From assembly GCF_009914755.1 (NCBI RefSeq), contig NC_060926.1: a stretch of DNA of 64,000 nt; one strand, given 5' to 3'. The translations under genes and the position numbers were made by a program. Shown here piece by piece: positions 45,826-59,079 of the stretch. The notes under the pieces were generated by a model. It made no database searches. It had not been told where the DNA came from and worked only from the letters and a program-made list of their open reading frames with translations. The number at the start of each line of letters is the position of its first letter. Positions within the stretch are counted from its first letter, which is position 1. Origin of the DNA: the human T2T-CHM13v2.0 reference genome, Homo sapiens.

Positions 45826-45858
<33 letters not shown>
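45825..45858. repeat. (TG)n microsatellite
   Basis: Read directly. Confidence 0.95.
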
Positions 45859-45862
<4 letters not shown>

Positions 45863-46016
45863 TCTTTTCTCATGCATAAACTTCTCCTGTTTTTGTCTTC
45901 TGCATCTTCCCTTCACTCGTCCCCACCTCACTCTCCCAGGCTGCCAGGACCATATCATTCTGTCCATGTGCTCTTTCCTCTCTGTGTTATAAAAAGTGTG
46001 CGTGTGCAGTCAAAAG

Positions 46017-46408
46017 CAGTGGTTTGCTGGTACATGTTAACCAACAAGCTTCTTGAAGAGAGAAAAAGCTCTGATCAGCATTTGCCTATTTCTGTGGCCA
46101 GTTTCAAGCTACAAACATGACATCAGTCAATGCAACGTTGGGAAGAAGTGCACACTAGTTGCCGGGGATTAGGATTTCCACCACACAGGCACACAGATGG
46201 AAATAGTCTCACGGCCATTGATAATGTAAAATAAGCAAGAAGTGTTGTGTTTTGAGTTTTATTACTTTGTTTTAAATATAATTTTATTTCCAAGTTTGTA
46301 TACTTTAATTTTTAATATTGGTTGTGTTTAACAATTGCTTTGCAAAATTCCCAAAAAAGTCACATTAGCTCCTGTGAGCCGGTAAAGCCAGTACATGAAT
46401 GCCTCCTG
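46017..46408. mobile_element. MER63-like hAT DNA transposon
   Basis: 'cagtggtttgctggtacatgttaaccaac...ctcctgtgagccggtaaagccag'. Confidence 0.7.
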
Positions 46409-48999
46409 GAGGGAAGCAAAGGCCTGAGATTCATGAATTTTCTGACAAGTTTGTGCTCAACAGCTCCTCTTTTTCCTGTACAGCCCTTTGGGGCTGAGTG
46501 GCGAGGCCTTGGCTGTGACATCCCACACCCCTATCTCAACTCTGCACTGTTGCCAGGAGGTGTCCTGATTTTGGGTCATGGAGCCTTCTGAAGCGCCCTA
46601 AAATGAACGCCTGTGAGAATTGTTTTGAGTTTTTCCCCCAGAGCGAAACTGGGCCTTGATTCTAACATACAGATCTCTGCATGTTGTTATTACATCTCTG
46701 GAGTGCCTGGGTCAAGAGCTATCTGTGTGCACTTTTACAAAAGAAAGCAAGAGCTGGCCTCCCTGGCTGCTGGGAATGGACTTACCTGAGACTAGCATAG
46801 AAGCTCCTCAGCAGGAGAGTAATTGGTGAAAAGATTCCAAGTGAGTCTCTGGAAGGTCTTATTGTCTTACATAAACTCTCTATTTTAAACTTTCAAGTAA
46901 AGAGCTAGAAGACCTCTTTCCACTGATTAGAGAAAACCTAGTTTTGGGGTTAAATCCAGCCAACAAATTTAAGTCTCCAAATTGGTTCAATTTGTAAATT
47001 CCTCAACAGTGGCCAAAATGAAAGTCAACAGTTGTGCGTGTAACACAACCCACTGCATCCCTGTAGGGGGGCCTGCGGGTGTCAGGTGGTGAGAACTGAC
47101 TTCCCCACAGTCCCATCTCTGTCTCTTGCTTCAGGACGTGTGGTCCGCCTGCTGCTCCTCATCCCTGCCAGTTCCGTGCCTTCCCCTCTGATGCTTTTCA
47201 ACACAGCACTCCAAGAAGCAGCTATCTACCAGGAGACACGTAAGGGAAGAAACAAATGTGTTACCTCACCAACACTAACACACACACACACACACACACA
47301 CAAATACACAATTCAGAGTCTGTATTTTAGGAAACCTTTTGACCACCCCATTTCTTGCCTTTCTGCCACCTATTCATATGGTTCCTTCACTGGCTGGCTT
47401 AGCCAGCAGGGGCATCCCTGCAGCAAGCTGCCCCTTGCATGTGAAGATGGTTATGCATCCCACATGGCATCTGGATTTGGGTGTGCATCAGTCTGAGCAA
47501 AATCAATGGACAGTGCTTGGATTCTGACTTCATTTGACCTATTAAATAATTGCACCCCTTGGCACAAGGGTTATGCATGTTAATATACAATGATGTGTTT
47601 GCACCACCTTCTGAGGAGCAGAGGAGCTGTTTCATGGGGAAACAATGGCAGGACAGGCCCCCCTCCCCACAGTGGGATTTTGCTAAGACCCCCAGGCTTT
47701 AGCACAGGATGAGTTCCCTGGGAAGGCAGGAGGGGATAGATGCAAAGCCTTGGTGGAGGATGAGTCTTGAGCAGGTAATGAGCCTGAGAGTGTTTTGTTC
47801 TCCAGTATTATCCCAGGGGCACTTGGGCAGGCAGGCCACCCTTGAGCAGGGCAGGGTCAGCTCTTACAGTGGACCAGGAGGCATTGAAGGCAGTACCACA
47901 CTCCCAAGGTGTACCAGCCAGTGATTTGCAACGGGCTCTCCTGAAGAGAAAAACACCATGACTTGTGGTGTCTGCCAATTTCCCTTGTGTAAACACTCCC
48001 ACCACGACTGATTTCAAGCTACCCGTAGACATTCCCTGAATGGCAGAGCTGGGAAGAAAAGTGCATGACCAGTTCTTCCAAGTGAGCTGCACAACACTAT
48101 CATTAACACTCTCTGGAGGGCTGTGCCCAGCCACATGGTCATCCAGTTTTGGAAATGGTTGGAATGTGAGGACACCAAAGGCCCAAGTGGAGAGTGGAGG
48201 GCAGGCAGTGAGGGGAATTAAGTCAGCCAGATGGCAAGAGGCCCCATGGTGCATTACGTGAACAGTCCCATAATTCCTGTGTCTTTAGTGATGTCACCAC
48301 ATTTACAATGTGCTGAGGTGGCTGCATTATCACAGAAAATAAAGGTAATATAGAAAATAGAGGTGAAAGTGGCATATGCCTGCAGGCTGGTGTTGAGTCC
48401 AAGTTTAAGTGTGGATGCAACCAGGAGAAGAAAAGAGAGTGTGGCAGAACAAAAGGTGTCATCGAGGCACAGCCGAATCAGCTACACACCTGTTGTTTCA
48501 CAGGCCTCTTGGAAGCATAGTAAGCTTGTTAAATTTTACAAAGACAAGTAACTAAATTCTTTTCTAAAAAGCCCAGATATAAATAACTGGAAATGCATGG
48601 ATTGCCATTTCTTTATGGACTGATATTTTCCAATGATTTTAAAATAAAACCTCTCATAGAAATGCTTCACATTTCTAGAAAGGTAGCTTCTCACGGCCTT
48701 TGTCGTGTATCCCCCAATTCACCGTCTTCGTTGAGCTACAAACATCTTCATGGGATTTATGATTCAAGATGACATTTGTTGAGCACCTGCTATCTATCAG
48801 GGGCACTACACATGTTGATCCATTTAATACCACCACCCTTCAAAGTTGGTACTATTCTCATTTTGAAACCTCAGAGGCTTGGGCAGACAAACAGATCCTC
48901 TCTCTGCTCTGAGCCCCAGGAGGCTGCCTGCACAACTGCAGCAACCTGGCCCTTGAGCTTGGAGATTTGGCCAAGGGGATTGCCCAGCATGAGAGTAGG

Positions 49000-49761
49000 G
49001 GAGGCTGGGGTCTCTATCTCCTTGGCATCCTTCCTGCCGGTCCCCGTAGAAGCTATGGCCCTTCACTGAAGGCTGCTGCTCTTCTCGCCCTCCTCATCTG
49101 CCTTCTGTTTTTCCAGGTTTTGGTAGCTGCCCCCTCCCCTCATCCCACAGTGACCAGCAATGCTGTGAGCAGTCCCAGGGTACTGCTGTGAATCTTGTCT
49201 TTTCCCTACACTCTGCCCAAACCTTTGTAAGTAGGTCCTCCGATGCATATGTTTCCTATTAGGGCTCCAAATTTAGTACTTTAAAAACAATGTATTATTT
49301 TACAGTTCTGGAGGTCAGAAGTCCAAAATCAGTGTCACTGGGCTGCACCCAAGGTGTGGGCAGGGCTGCTCTCCCTCCGGAGGCTCTTGGGAAGAATCTG
49401 TCTCTCACCTCCTCCAGTGTCTGGATGCCATTCCTTGGCTCACGGCCACGTCACTCCAGTCTCCTCCAGGATCACATCACCCCCCCTTCTGTCTGCGGTC
49501 AAATCTCCTGCCTCCCTCCTCCTATAAGGACACTTGTGATTGCATTTAGAACCCACCAGGATAATCTACGGTAATCTCCCCATCTCAAAATCCTTAATTG
49601 CATTGGCCGTCTTTGCCATATAAAGGAACATTTACAGATACCAGGGATTAAGACCTGATATGTTTGGAGGTCATTATTCAGTCGGCCACATTTATTATTT
49701 TAATTTAATTTAATTTAATTTAAGCGTGCGATTTGCCTCCTGCTGGGACTTGACTGATGCA
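49000..49761. mobile_element. LTR33-like ERVL LTR with nested MLT1B/C (~49250-49690)
   Basis: LTR33-like 'ccctacactctgcccaaacctttgtaagtaggtcc' and end 'cctgctgggacttgactgatgca' flank MLT1 text 'tacagttctggaggtcagaagtccaaaatcag...attcagtcggccaca'. Confidence 0.65.
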
Positions 49762-49859
49762 GCCTGGGTTACTACATATGAAAGAGCAGGAATTCAAACC
49801 ATGCAAATAAGTTAATTTTGAGAACTTGCACTTGGTGTTGTATGTTAATGACTTCCGAA

Positions 49860-50580
49860 TTTATACCTCTGGTCCATTCCTTTTCTCTGAGTTCCAAGAT
49901 CATATATCCAATTGACTATTTGATATTCCACTTGGATGTTTCATAGGCACCTCGAGCTTGGGATGGCAAAACCAACAGTTCTCTTTCCTATATCCCACCC
50001 TGCTCCTCAGGAAATTGCACCATCCCACAATTGTTTGCTCAAGCTGGGAACCTGGACATCAACCCAGTGACCTCCAAGGCTCGGGGACCTCCCCACCACA
50101 CCCATGGAACCACCCAGTGCTGCTTCCCTGTGGGTTCTTGTTCACTTCATCACCCTGTCCCTGGAGGCCCTCCCTCCACAACAGATGTGGTATCTCTCCG
50201 TTCTCCCCATCTCTGCTGACACCAGTCTATTCCAAGGCACCACTCGCTCACCCGGACTGTAGGAATGGCCTCCTCAGTGTGGGCTTCCACTCCAGTCTCC
50301 TCTCTGGCACACTTGGTGCAGGAGTCACAGGGGCAAATACAACCCAGGCTGACTCACATCACCCCCACATACAACCCTTCAATATGCTTCAGTTGCATTC
50401 TTGCTTTTCCCACTGCATCTTTTGCTAAGTTCCTTCTCACTTCTGCCCTCTCACTGATGTCTCCTATGCCTGGAATGCTCCTTCCTCCAACTCTTCTCCT
50501 ATCTGGCTTGGTTATGATGTCTATATCCCGTGCTTGGCACAGCTCTGAACGTAGCAGAAAGCTACTGACTCTACCTCTTG
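49860..50580. mobile_element. L2 fragments
   Basis: 'catatatccaattgactatttgatattccacttggatgtttcataggcacctc', 'aatggcctcctc', 'atgcctggaatgctccttc'. Confidence 0.65.
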
Positions 50581-50804
50581 ATGTGCTGAACTATGACGTC
50601 ACCTTGCAAAGGTGAGAACGCCAGGTGACATGAAGGAATGTGGCCGAGGGGAGAATCTACCACGTGGTGGACAATGGTGGAAACCAGACTGACCCGGGAA
50701 AAGGGGCCCATGATCTCCTTAGCAGTGTCAGAACCAACATACCCACCACGTCCTGAGTTCATTCTGAGCTGGCTGCCTACCCAGCCTGGGTCCCCATGAG
50801 AAGT

Positions 50805-51256
50805 TGTTACTGGTGGAGAGTAGTCTAGGTTCTTGGCATTTTGAACAAATAATTGGACAAAATGCACAAACAAAGCAAAGCAGGAAAAGCAGAGATTTAT
50901 TTTAAATGAAAGTACACTCCACACGGTTGGAATGGGCTGGAGCAAGTAGCTCAAGCGCCTCAGTTACAGAATTTTCTGGGGTTTAAGTACCCTCTAGGGG
51001 TTTCCCATTGGTTCACTTTATGCAAATGAAGTAGGGCCCATGACCAGTCTGACTGGTTGCAGGAGGGTACCAATCAGAATGAAGAGTAGGCCCACAACCA
51101 GTCTGATTGGTTGCAGGAGGTGACCAATTAGAGGTACTTTCATTTTTCAACTGCCAGGCAGAAAAAGGAGGGATTGAAAAGGGAGTAGCCTCTGATTTCC
51201 ACTCAGCATGAATAGGCCTTAGGTTTCCTGCCTCCAGACCCTATTCTCCTGCCCCA
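50805..51256 (-). mobile_element. MER51-like ERV1 solo LTR
   Basis: 'tgttactggtggagag...ggttcttggcattttgaacaaataattggacaaaa...ctgcctccagaccctattctcctgcccca'; repeated CCAAT units. Confidence 0.8.
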
Positions 51257-54236
51257 AAATGATGGGGCTGCTCCTTCTGGGATTGGAGGAGCCTGGCCCA
51301 CCAGGGAAGAGTCTGTGTCATTTCCAGTGTTCCCCTACTCGAGTCATTGGAGGAGTGTTTTAATAAGGGGTGATGTCACCATCGTTTGGTTAAGAAATTG
51401 GGACTGCTTGTCCCAGCATTCTTCCCTTGATGTTGAGATCCCGGCATCCTCTCTAGCGACAGTGATGGACAGCGGGGAGAAGTAGTACAGATTCCCAATG
51501 ATGTCAGAAAAAAAGGTCAAACTTGGAATGAGTCACAAAATAAAGATATATGCTGGATGATGCAAAGGTTACCATCACGAGCTTAACAAGTGTAGGGGAG
51601 GCTTCGAGATTGTGACTGTGATATGAAGCCACAGCCTGAAACAGTGGCTGAGCACATGTTAGAAGGTCCAGCGTGCCTCCTTAACACTCACAGGGCCAGG
51701 TCCCCAGGCAGGTCTGGGGCTGGGGAAATACAGGGGCTGCTCATGGCTGGTGAGGCCCGATGCTCCCAGCTGGAGGACATGTCCACTACTTTCTTTTTCC
51801 TTTTGTTTCTTCAGATGGAGTCTCATTGTTGCCCAGGCTGGAGTGCAGAGGGAAAGATGATGGCGGGGGTGCTGGTGGCGGGGGGCAGGGGTGGAGACAG
51901 AGACAGAGACAGAGACAGATACCAAAAGCACTTTGCACTGCATGAGAGACAACCCTGTGTTGCGTCTGAGCCCAAAATCCAGACACTACTCCAGAATGAG
52001 GTTTTTCCCCTCCAGATGCTCATTATCTTAATTAAGATGTTCTTTGTTAGTAAATTCAACCATATCTGCACAAATCCTCATAAAGAGGGGAGCCTAGGAG
52101 ACCCTGCATTCACCCACAGGTGGATTTTCCACGGACAAGGGAACACCACGAACAGAAGCCCTCAGGTATTGAACCCTTAACAAGGGGAGAGGAAGGCAGG
52201 GAGGGGGCGTGGAGGCACAGGCTGGAGACTCCGGCACTGGTCTCTCCACGTTCTCTCTTCTGCTTCTTCCACTTTCTCTCTACACCTCTTTACGGAAAGG
52301 AGAGAGATTCTACCTCAAGATGTGGAAATGCGAGAGAAAATGGGAGAATGGAAAGCTAAGTGTTTTGATGCTCCACGCCACAGTCTTGGGAATTTGATTT
52401 AAGCATTGACCAGCTAAGGAACTGCAAGCCAGGCCAGTTGGGAAGGCTTGGACATGAATTCCAGTGCCCTGCAGACACCGCAGCCTTCAGCAGAGTGACC
52501 CAGTGGAGGAGGAACCTCAGCCCCTGCCCATCTCTGCTCTCCCTTTCCTTTCTCCTTTCTCTCCCATCTTCCGAGGTGCCAAGGTCCTGGAATTGCCCTC
52601 TGACTTTCCAAAAATGTCCATTCCACACAGCTCTTCCTTCCTGCCTCCATCAGAGCTGGTTCCCTGAGCCCCACTGATCTTTGGATATTTGAAAAAAGTA
52701 ACTCACAAGAGCCTAGAGGAGTAACTCAACCAGGGTACTCATGTTTGAAAGGGTAGCTTCTTGTCCAAATGCATCTCCAATTGCTAGACAGCATGCAAAT
52801 GAGAGAGCAGGAAGTTGCCAGACCGGACACCAACCAGTGCTGTCGAAACCAGGCACCCTCACTCCAGCATGGCCTTGGGCAGGGTCCAGTGCAGCAGGGT
52901 GGGCCAGATCAGGGAGGTTGGCCACGATCCCCAGCCTCGAATATGGGAGATGATGGAAGCGCCCAGAGAGGTTGGTATTTCCTGGATGGTTCTCAAGGGG
53001 GAAGGTGGGGGGGCACCAAAGAAACTGTACTCCTGAGAGATCAGAAGAAGTTACAAAAAGACAAGAGACATGGTCTGCTCAAAGCAAAGGTCCAGACTGT
53101 TCAGCCATCCGGGGGTGCAGTGAGTTGATCAAATGAATGCCATACAGGAGCGATGGGCAGTGGATCCATGAGAGACAGGAGGGGTTTCTCAGGAGGGGCA
53201 CCACACATGGGCTCCTCCCAGCAAGACGGGGCCCAGGAGCAGCCCAGCAAGCCCCTGAGAGCAGGCATCCAGGGTGAGCTCCCCAATGTTGGGGACCTGA
53301 CACCTCTTTTTGTCTAGCTGTATTTTTATTCTTCTACAAGAAACATTTGTTATTCATCTTATTTAACAAATGCAAAAAGCATTACTTGGGCATGCTTTGC
53401 ACATAGCAGCATGCTGCTTGCCATCCTATTTCAGGGATCTGCTTTATCACATGCTTTCATTATTACTAAATCCATATGAAGTACATTAAGTCAAGTGATC
53501 TATATTGGCTGTTGTTAAGACAGCATGTTTTAGGCTTTCTCTCAAAAACATGTATACAGGCATGAGAACATAGTGTGCACACAGGAGAGGCCTGCAGGCT
53601 GGCCTTAAGGCCTGGCTCGTCATCTGCCACATTTCAGGGGCCCCAGGAAAGAGTCAAACCTGAGAGGTGGCTCCCACCGTGGGCTTCAGCTCTGTTGCCT
53701 CCCTGGCCTTGTAGGAGCCTTCTTTCCATGGCATGGCTGGCTGCTGCTGCCCAAGGCTCTCCACTCCTGCACACAGAGCAGGGACGGCGGTGCCTGGTGA
53801 CATGCGGCACATGTTCACCCACATTTGCCATGAAGAGGGAATGCATCTTTGGATACTTGGCCCCAACTTCACCCATGCTAAAGCAACACGTGCAAATCAG
53901 GGAAAGATCCCGCTTTGGGGTTATTGGCAAGTGTCAATGCACTTGGCAATGCCTGCCTGGAAATATTAGTTTTCAAGCTTGTTTTGGAATGTTCCAGGTT
54001 GCTCTCAAGGCCTGTATGGGGGCCACTCCCCCGAGCATGGCGGCTGGGCAGGATGTGCTGGCACAGTGTCTACCTGCGGAGAGACCTTCTTTCCACCACT
54101 CCCACTGTGGGCTGCTCCTTGCTACCCTGTCAGCACCCGATGCTTGGCACCCTGCCCGCTGTAGACGTGGTGACTGACCAGGTGACCCAGGGTCTCTTGC
54201 TCAAATGCTCCTGCTGTGCTTTCCCGACTCCACACC

Positions 54237-54688
54237 AGTGGTTCTAGTGTGGTCTGTGGATCCACCACGCCAGCACCAAGAGCTTGTCAGACATGCAATC
54301 TCAGGCCCCACCCCAGACCCTCGGAGTCTGAACCTGCATCTTAACATCACCCTGTGAGGAACACCAGGGACACCCGAGGCCAGCACACTGTAGCCACCTA
54401 TTTTCATGTGGCCCACAAGTAAAGAATGATCTTTACATTTTTTTAATGATTGGGGAAAAAAGGAAGAAGAATATTTTGTGTTATGTGAGAATTATACAAA
54501 ATGTGAACTGCAATGTCCATAACTAAAGTTCGATTGGAATACAGCCACACTCATGCCTTTACTTGTCTCTTGGCTGCTTGCACGCTCCAACAACAGAGCT
54601 GAGTAGCTGCAACAGACACCATAGGCAGCCACACAGCTGGAGAGACTTACTATTGGGTCCTTTACAGGAGAAGTTTCCCAACCCCTGA
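54237..54688. mobile_element. MER5A fragment followed by MER58B-like hAT element
   Basis: 'cagtggttct...ctcaggccccaccccagacc...ctgcatcttaaca'; 'attggaatacagccacactcat...cctttacaggagaagtttcccaacccctg'. Confidence 0.75.
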
Positions 54689-54784
54689 CCAATAGGCTTA
54701 GATCCCACAAACTGACCTCACCTCACTTCCCATGATATCCCAACACTTGTTCTGGGGAAAATTAAAAACAGAGCCTCACTCTTT

Positions 54785-55080
<296 letters not shown>

Positions 55081-55304
55081 AGCCTCGCTCTTTGACCTCC
55101 TCCCCACATCTGGCAACTTGTGTGACTTCCAACCATTTTCTTTGCTCTAACCCTGCACCCTCTCCCTGGACAGTGCAGAACCAGAACTGAAGCCCGTACC
55201 AGTTTCTCCCACCTGCCTCAATTTCTTTTCTATGCTCTGTTTGCAGCCTGGCCATCAGGACCACACAGTTCAGCGTGCCACTGGACTCTGTTCCAGTTGT
55301 GTTC

Positions 55305-55611
55305 TTTTTTGTTTGTTTGTTTGTTTTTTGAGACAGAGTCTTGCTCTGTCACCCAGGCTGGCGTGCAGTGGTGCAATCTCGGTTCACTGGAATCTCTGCC
55401 TCCTGGGTTCAAGCGATTCTCCTGCCTCAGCCTCCTAAGAAGCTGGGATTACAGGCATGTGCCACCACACCCAGCTAATTTTTGTATTTTTAGTAAAGAT
55501 GGGGTTTCGCCATGTGGGCCAGGCTGGTCTCGAACACCTGACCTCAAGTGATCCTCCTGTCTCGGCCTCCCAAAGTGCTGGGATTACAGGCATGAGCCAC
55601 TGTGCCCGGCC
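55305..55611 (-). mobile_element. AluS
   Basis: (TTTG)n tail, full dimer. Confidence 0.93.
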
Positions 55612-56396
55612 TCTGTTCCGGTTTTATCTGTTCTTCAGGATTGCTAATCCGAGTGTCTGGACTAGGCCGTCTTTGTAACCCCTGGCAGGTAAAGGAGCCC
55701 AACACAGAGAAGGCACTCAATAACTTGTTTACTGAGTAAACGACAGAGTTAATGGGCCATGTGTTGCCTGTTTCTGGGTGATCTTCCATGGGGCCCTGCA
55801 CTGCCCAATGGAATGATTCACTGATGCATTGATTTTCCTTCAGAGATCCAAAATGCCTTGTCTATCTCATTTACCCATTTATTCTCCACAAATATATTAA
55901 GCATTGATGCTGTGCTGGTTTCTAGGGTTATGAAGATGAATTAAGATAGAAACCACCCCTTTATCATCCTGCAAATCCGTAGGAGAGGGAGGCATGTTGT
56001 AAATAGCCCTGATGCTGGCTCCTTTCTGCCTCTGCAAAGATCTCTCCCCCTGCCAAGAATCTCTGGGAGTCCACGTGAGGTTCCTAACACATCCACTTCC
56101 AAGCTAAGGGATGGGGCAGGTGTGGTCCTGTTGTCACTCTGCTAGGCTTGTGTTCCTGGCACCAAGGTCCCTGCTATGGCTCAGGGCCAGTAAGAGCCAT
56201 TTTGCAGGGCACAGCAGGGGCCTTGCCAGTCCTCGTGATTCAGCGGCTTTCTCCTGGAGGCTACTTGTGCCTGGGCTGCCTGATGGCCTGGAGTGGTGTG
56301 TTAGCCGGATGTGGTGGTGCCTGTATACACCCCATCATAGTACACCGCATTGGAGAAGCGCTGTTGGGGTCCCAGTATGTCACAGAGTTCAGTGAT

Positions 56397-56834
56397 TGTT
56401 ATGGGCTGAATTATGCTGCCTTAAAATTCATATGTGGCAGTCCTAGCCCCCAGGACCTCAGAATGTGACCGTATTTCGTTAGAGGGTCATTGCAGTTACA
56501 ATCATCTCAGCTAGGAAGAAGTCATCCCAGAGTAGGGTGGGCCCAAATCCAATATGACTAGGGTCCTATCCCCATCTGTCTCTGTGTCTAGAAATTTGGA
56601 TACAGAGACACACCGGGATAGAAGAAAGCGGATGTAAAGAGACCCAGGGAGAAGACAGTTGTCACATGCCAAGGAAAGCCCTGGAACAGACCCTCCCTCA
56701 CAGCCTCAGAAGGAACCAACCCTGGAGACACCTTAAAGTTGGACTTGAGTCTCCAGAACTGCGAGATAATGAATGGATGTTGTTCAAGTCACCCAGTTTG
56801 CAGTACTCTGTGGCAGCCTCAGCAGACTAATCCA
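56397..56834 (+). mobile_element. MLT1A-like MaLR solo LTR
   Basis: 'tgttatgggctgaattatg...cctcagaatgtgaccgtattt...ccctcacagcctcagaaggaaccaaccctg...ggcagcctcagcagactaatcca'. Confidence 0.85.
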
Positions 56835-58039
56835 ACCACACCGCTCACTCGGTTGCACATGTGGTCCTCTTCCTCCAGGATACTGGTTCAGGAGGAGCCC
56901 TTGAGGGCTCAGTTAACTTCCAGGATGCTGTTTTCAGAATCTCTCCTTCCTATTGACAACCAAAATGCTGTCAGTGGGTCCAGGTCATCCTGCCTGGCTC
57001 CTTTCCCCTTAAAGGAAATTCTCTTCCTATAGGCTCTTTGGCCTCTCCTCCACCCAAAGGCAGCTATAGGAAGTCCACCCATTTTCCCTGTCAGTGGAGG
57101 TTAGGCTCATCCCCAGCAGAGGAAACAGCATGAGCCTTATCCCAGGGTGGCCCTTAGCACCCGAGGCAGAGACAGCCCCGCCCTTTCCCAAGACTGCTCC
57201 TTCATGTCAGGTCCTGGAAAACAGTCAGCTGAGGGGACAGCTCAGGCTGACAGCCCTGCTGCAGCACACAAAGGACAAGCACAGTCAGAATGGAAGCATT
57301 CTCAGGGTGCAGCAGGGCACCGAGGAGGACTTGACAGCAAAGCCTCATGGAGGAGGTGGCAGACAAGCAGGAAGGGATTTGCAAGGCATTTAGGAGGAGG
57401 CAAGAGCTGAGGCATAATGTGCAGGAAAACAGCCCTTGTGGGTTTAAGAGCAGCTCAAGGAGCAGTGAGAGGCGTTACAGAGGCTTTAAAGAAGGGGGTT
57501 GGGGAAGACTGAATGGGGCCAGGAAGGCAGCAGGGCCAGATGGGGAAGGGCCGCTGGGGCCATGCTAAGCAGAGTCTACTCTGCCTTCTCTGGGAACAGA
57601 GACCATGACAGGGCTTGAAGAGGATGCCACATGACCCGAGAGGACTTCAGAAGGAGTGGCCAGGCAGAAACAGCAGTTATCTGAAAGTGCACAGTATTGG
57701 CTTATGTTGCCAACCTCTTCCCTTTGCTTGGAATGTGTTTCTCCTCCTCAAACACCTGCTTGAGCACACAGGCCACACACACGCGTGCTGTCTCTCTCTC
57801 TCCTCACTGTTAGCCTGACAAACACTTTCTAGCATGAGGGCAAGAGCCACACCCTGGGAAAACCTCTTTGAGGTCTAGATTGAGCAGGGAAGTAGCTTCG
57901 TCTCTCTGAGTTTTAGCCTTCCCTCCTGTCAAATGGCATAATTGTCCCTGCTGTCTTGCCTACAGCATGTTGTAAAGATAAAATCAGGTCAGAATACCAG
58001 ATAACACCTTCTAAACTGCATTGAATGTAAGGAGGGTTA

Positions 58040-59079
58040 GTGACCATGGTGATGATGATAATGGTGAAGACGATGGTGAGTTGATGGTAATGGTGGTGGT
58101 GATGATGGTGGTGATGGTGATGATGGTGAATGGTGATGATGGTGATGGTGGTGGTGATGGTGATGATGGTAATGGTGGTGATGATGATGGTGATGGTGAT
58201 AGTGGTGATGGTGATGGTGGTGATGGTGATAGTAATGGTGGAGATGGTGATGATAATGTTGATGGTGCTGATGGTGATGGTGATGATGATGGTGTTTATG
58301 GTGATGATGATGATGGTGGTGATGGTGCTGGTGATGGTGATAGTGATGGTGGTGACGGTGATAGTGATGATGATGGTAATGGTGGTGATGATGGTGATGA
58401 TGGTGAATGGTGATGGTGGTGGTGATGGTAATGGTGGTGATGGTGATAGTGATGGTGATGACGGTGATAGTGATGATGGTGGTAATGGTGGTGGTGATGA
58501 TGGTGGTGATGGTGATGATGGTGATGGTGGTGATGGTGATGGTGATAGTGATGGTGGTGATGGTGACAGTGGTGATGGTGATGATAATGTTGATGGTGCT
58601 GATGGTGACGGTGATGATGATGGTATTTATGGTGATAATGATGATGATGGTGAAGGTGGCAGTGATGGTGATAGTGATGGTGGTGATGGTGATAGTGATG
58701 ACGGTGATGGTGGTGGTAATGATGGCGATGATGGTGATGGTGATGATGGTGATGGTGATAGTGATGATGATGGTGATGGTTGTGGTGACGATAATGGTGA
58801 TGGTGGTCATGGTGGTGGTGATGAATGGTGATAGTGGTGATAGTGGTGATAGTGATGGTGGTGGTCATGGTGACAGTGATCATGGTGATGGTGGTGATGG
58901 TGATGGTGATGATGAATGGTGTTTATGGTTATGACGATGATGATGGTGATGATGACTTTGATGGTGGTGATGGTGATAGTGATGATGATGGTGATGGTTG
59001 TGCTGATCATGATGGTGATGGTGGTCATGGTCATGGTAGTGGTGATGATGGTGATGGTGGCAATGGTGAGGTGATTATG
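58040..59079. repeat. ~1-kb complex (GAT/GGT)n trinucleotide array
   Basis: Read directly. Confidence 0.97.

Noticed and set aside
45428-46120. 230-aa ORF
   Set aside because: GTG start, runs through a (TG)n repeat into a MER63-like element, no recognisable domain.
53575-54177. 200-aa ORF
   Set aside because: GTG start and no recognisable homology; consistent with a chance GC-rich frame.
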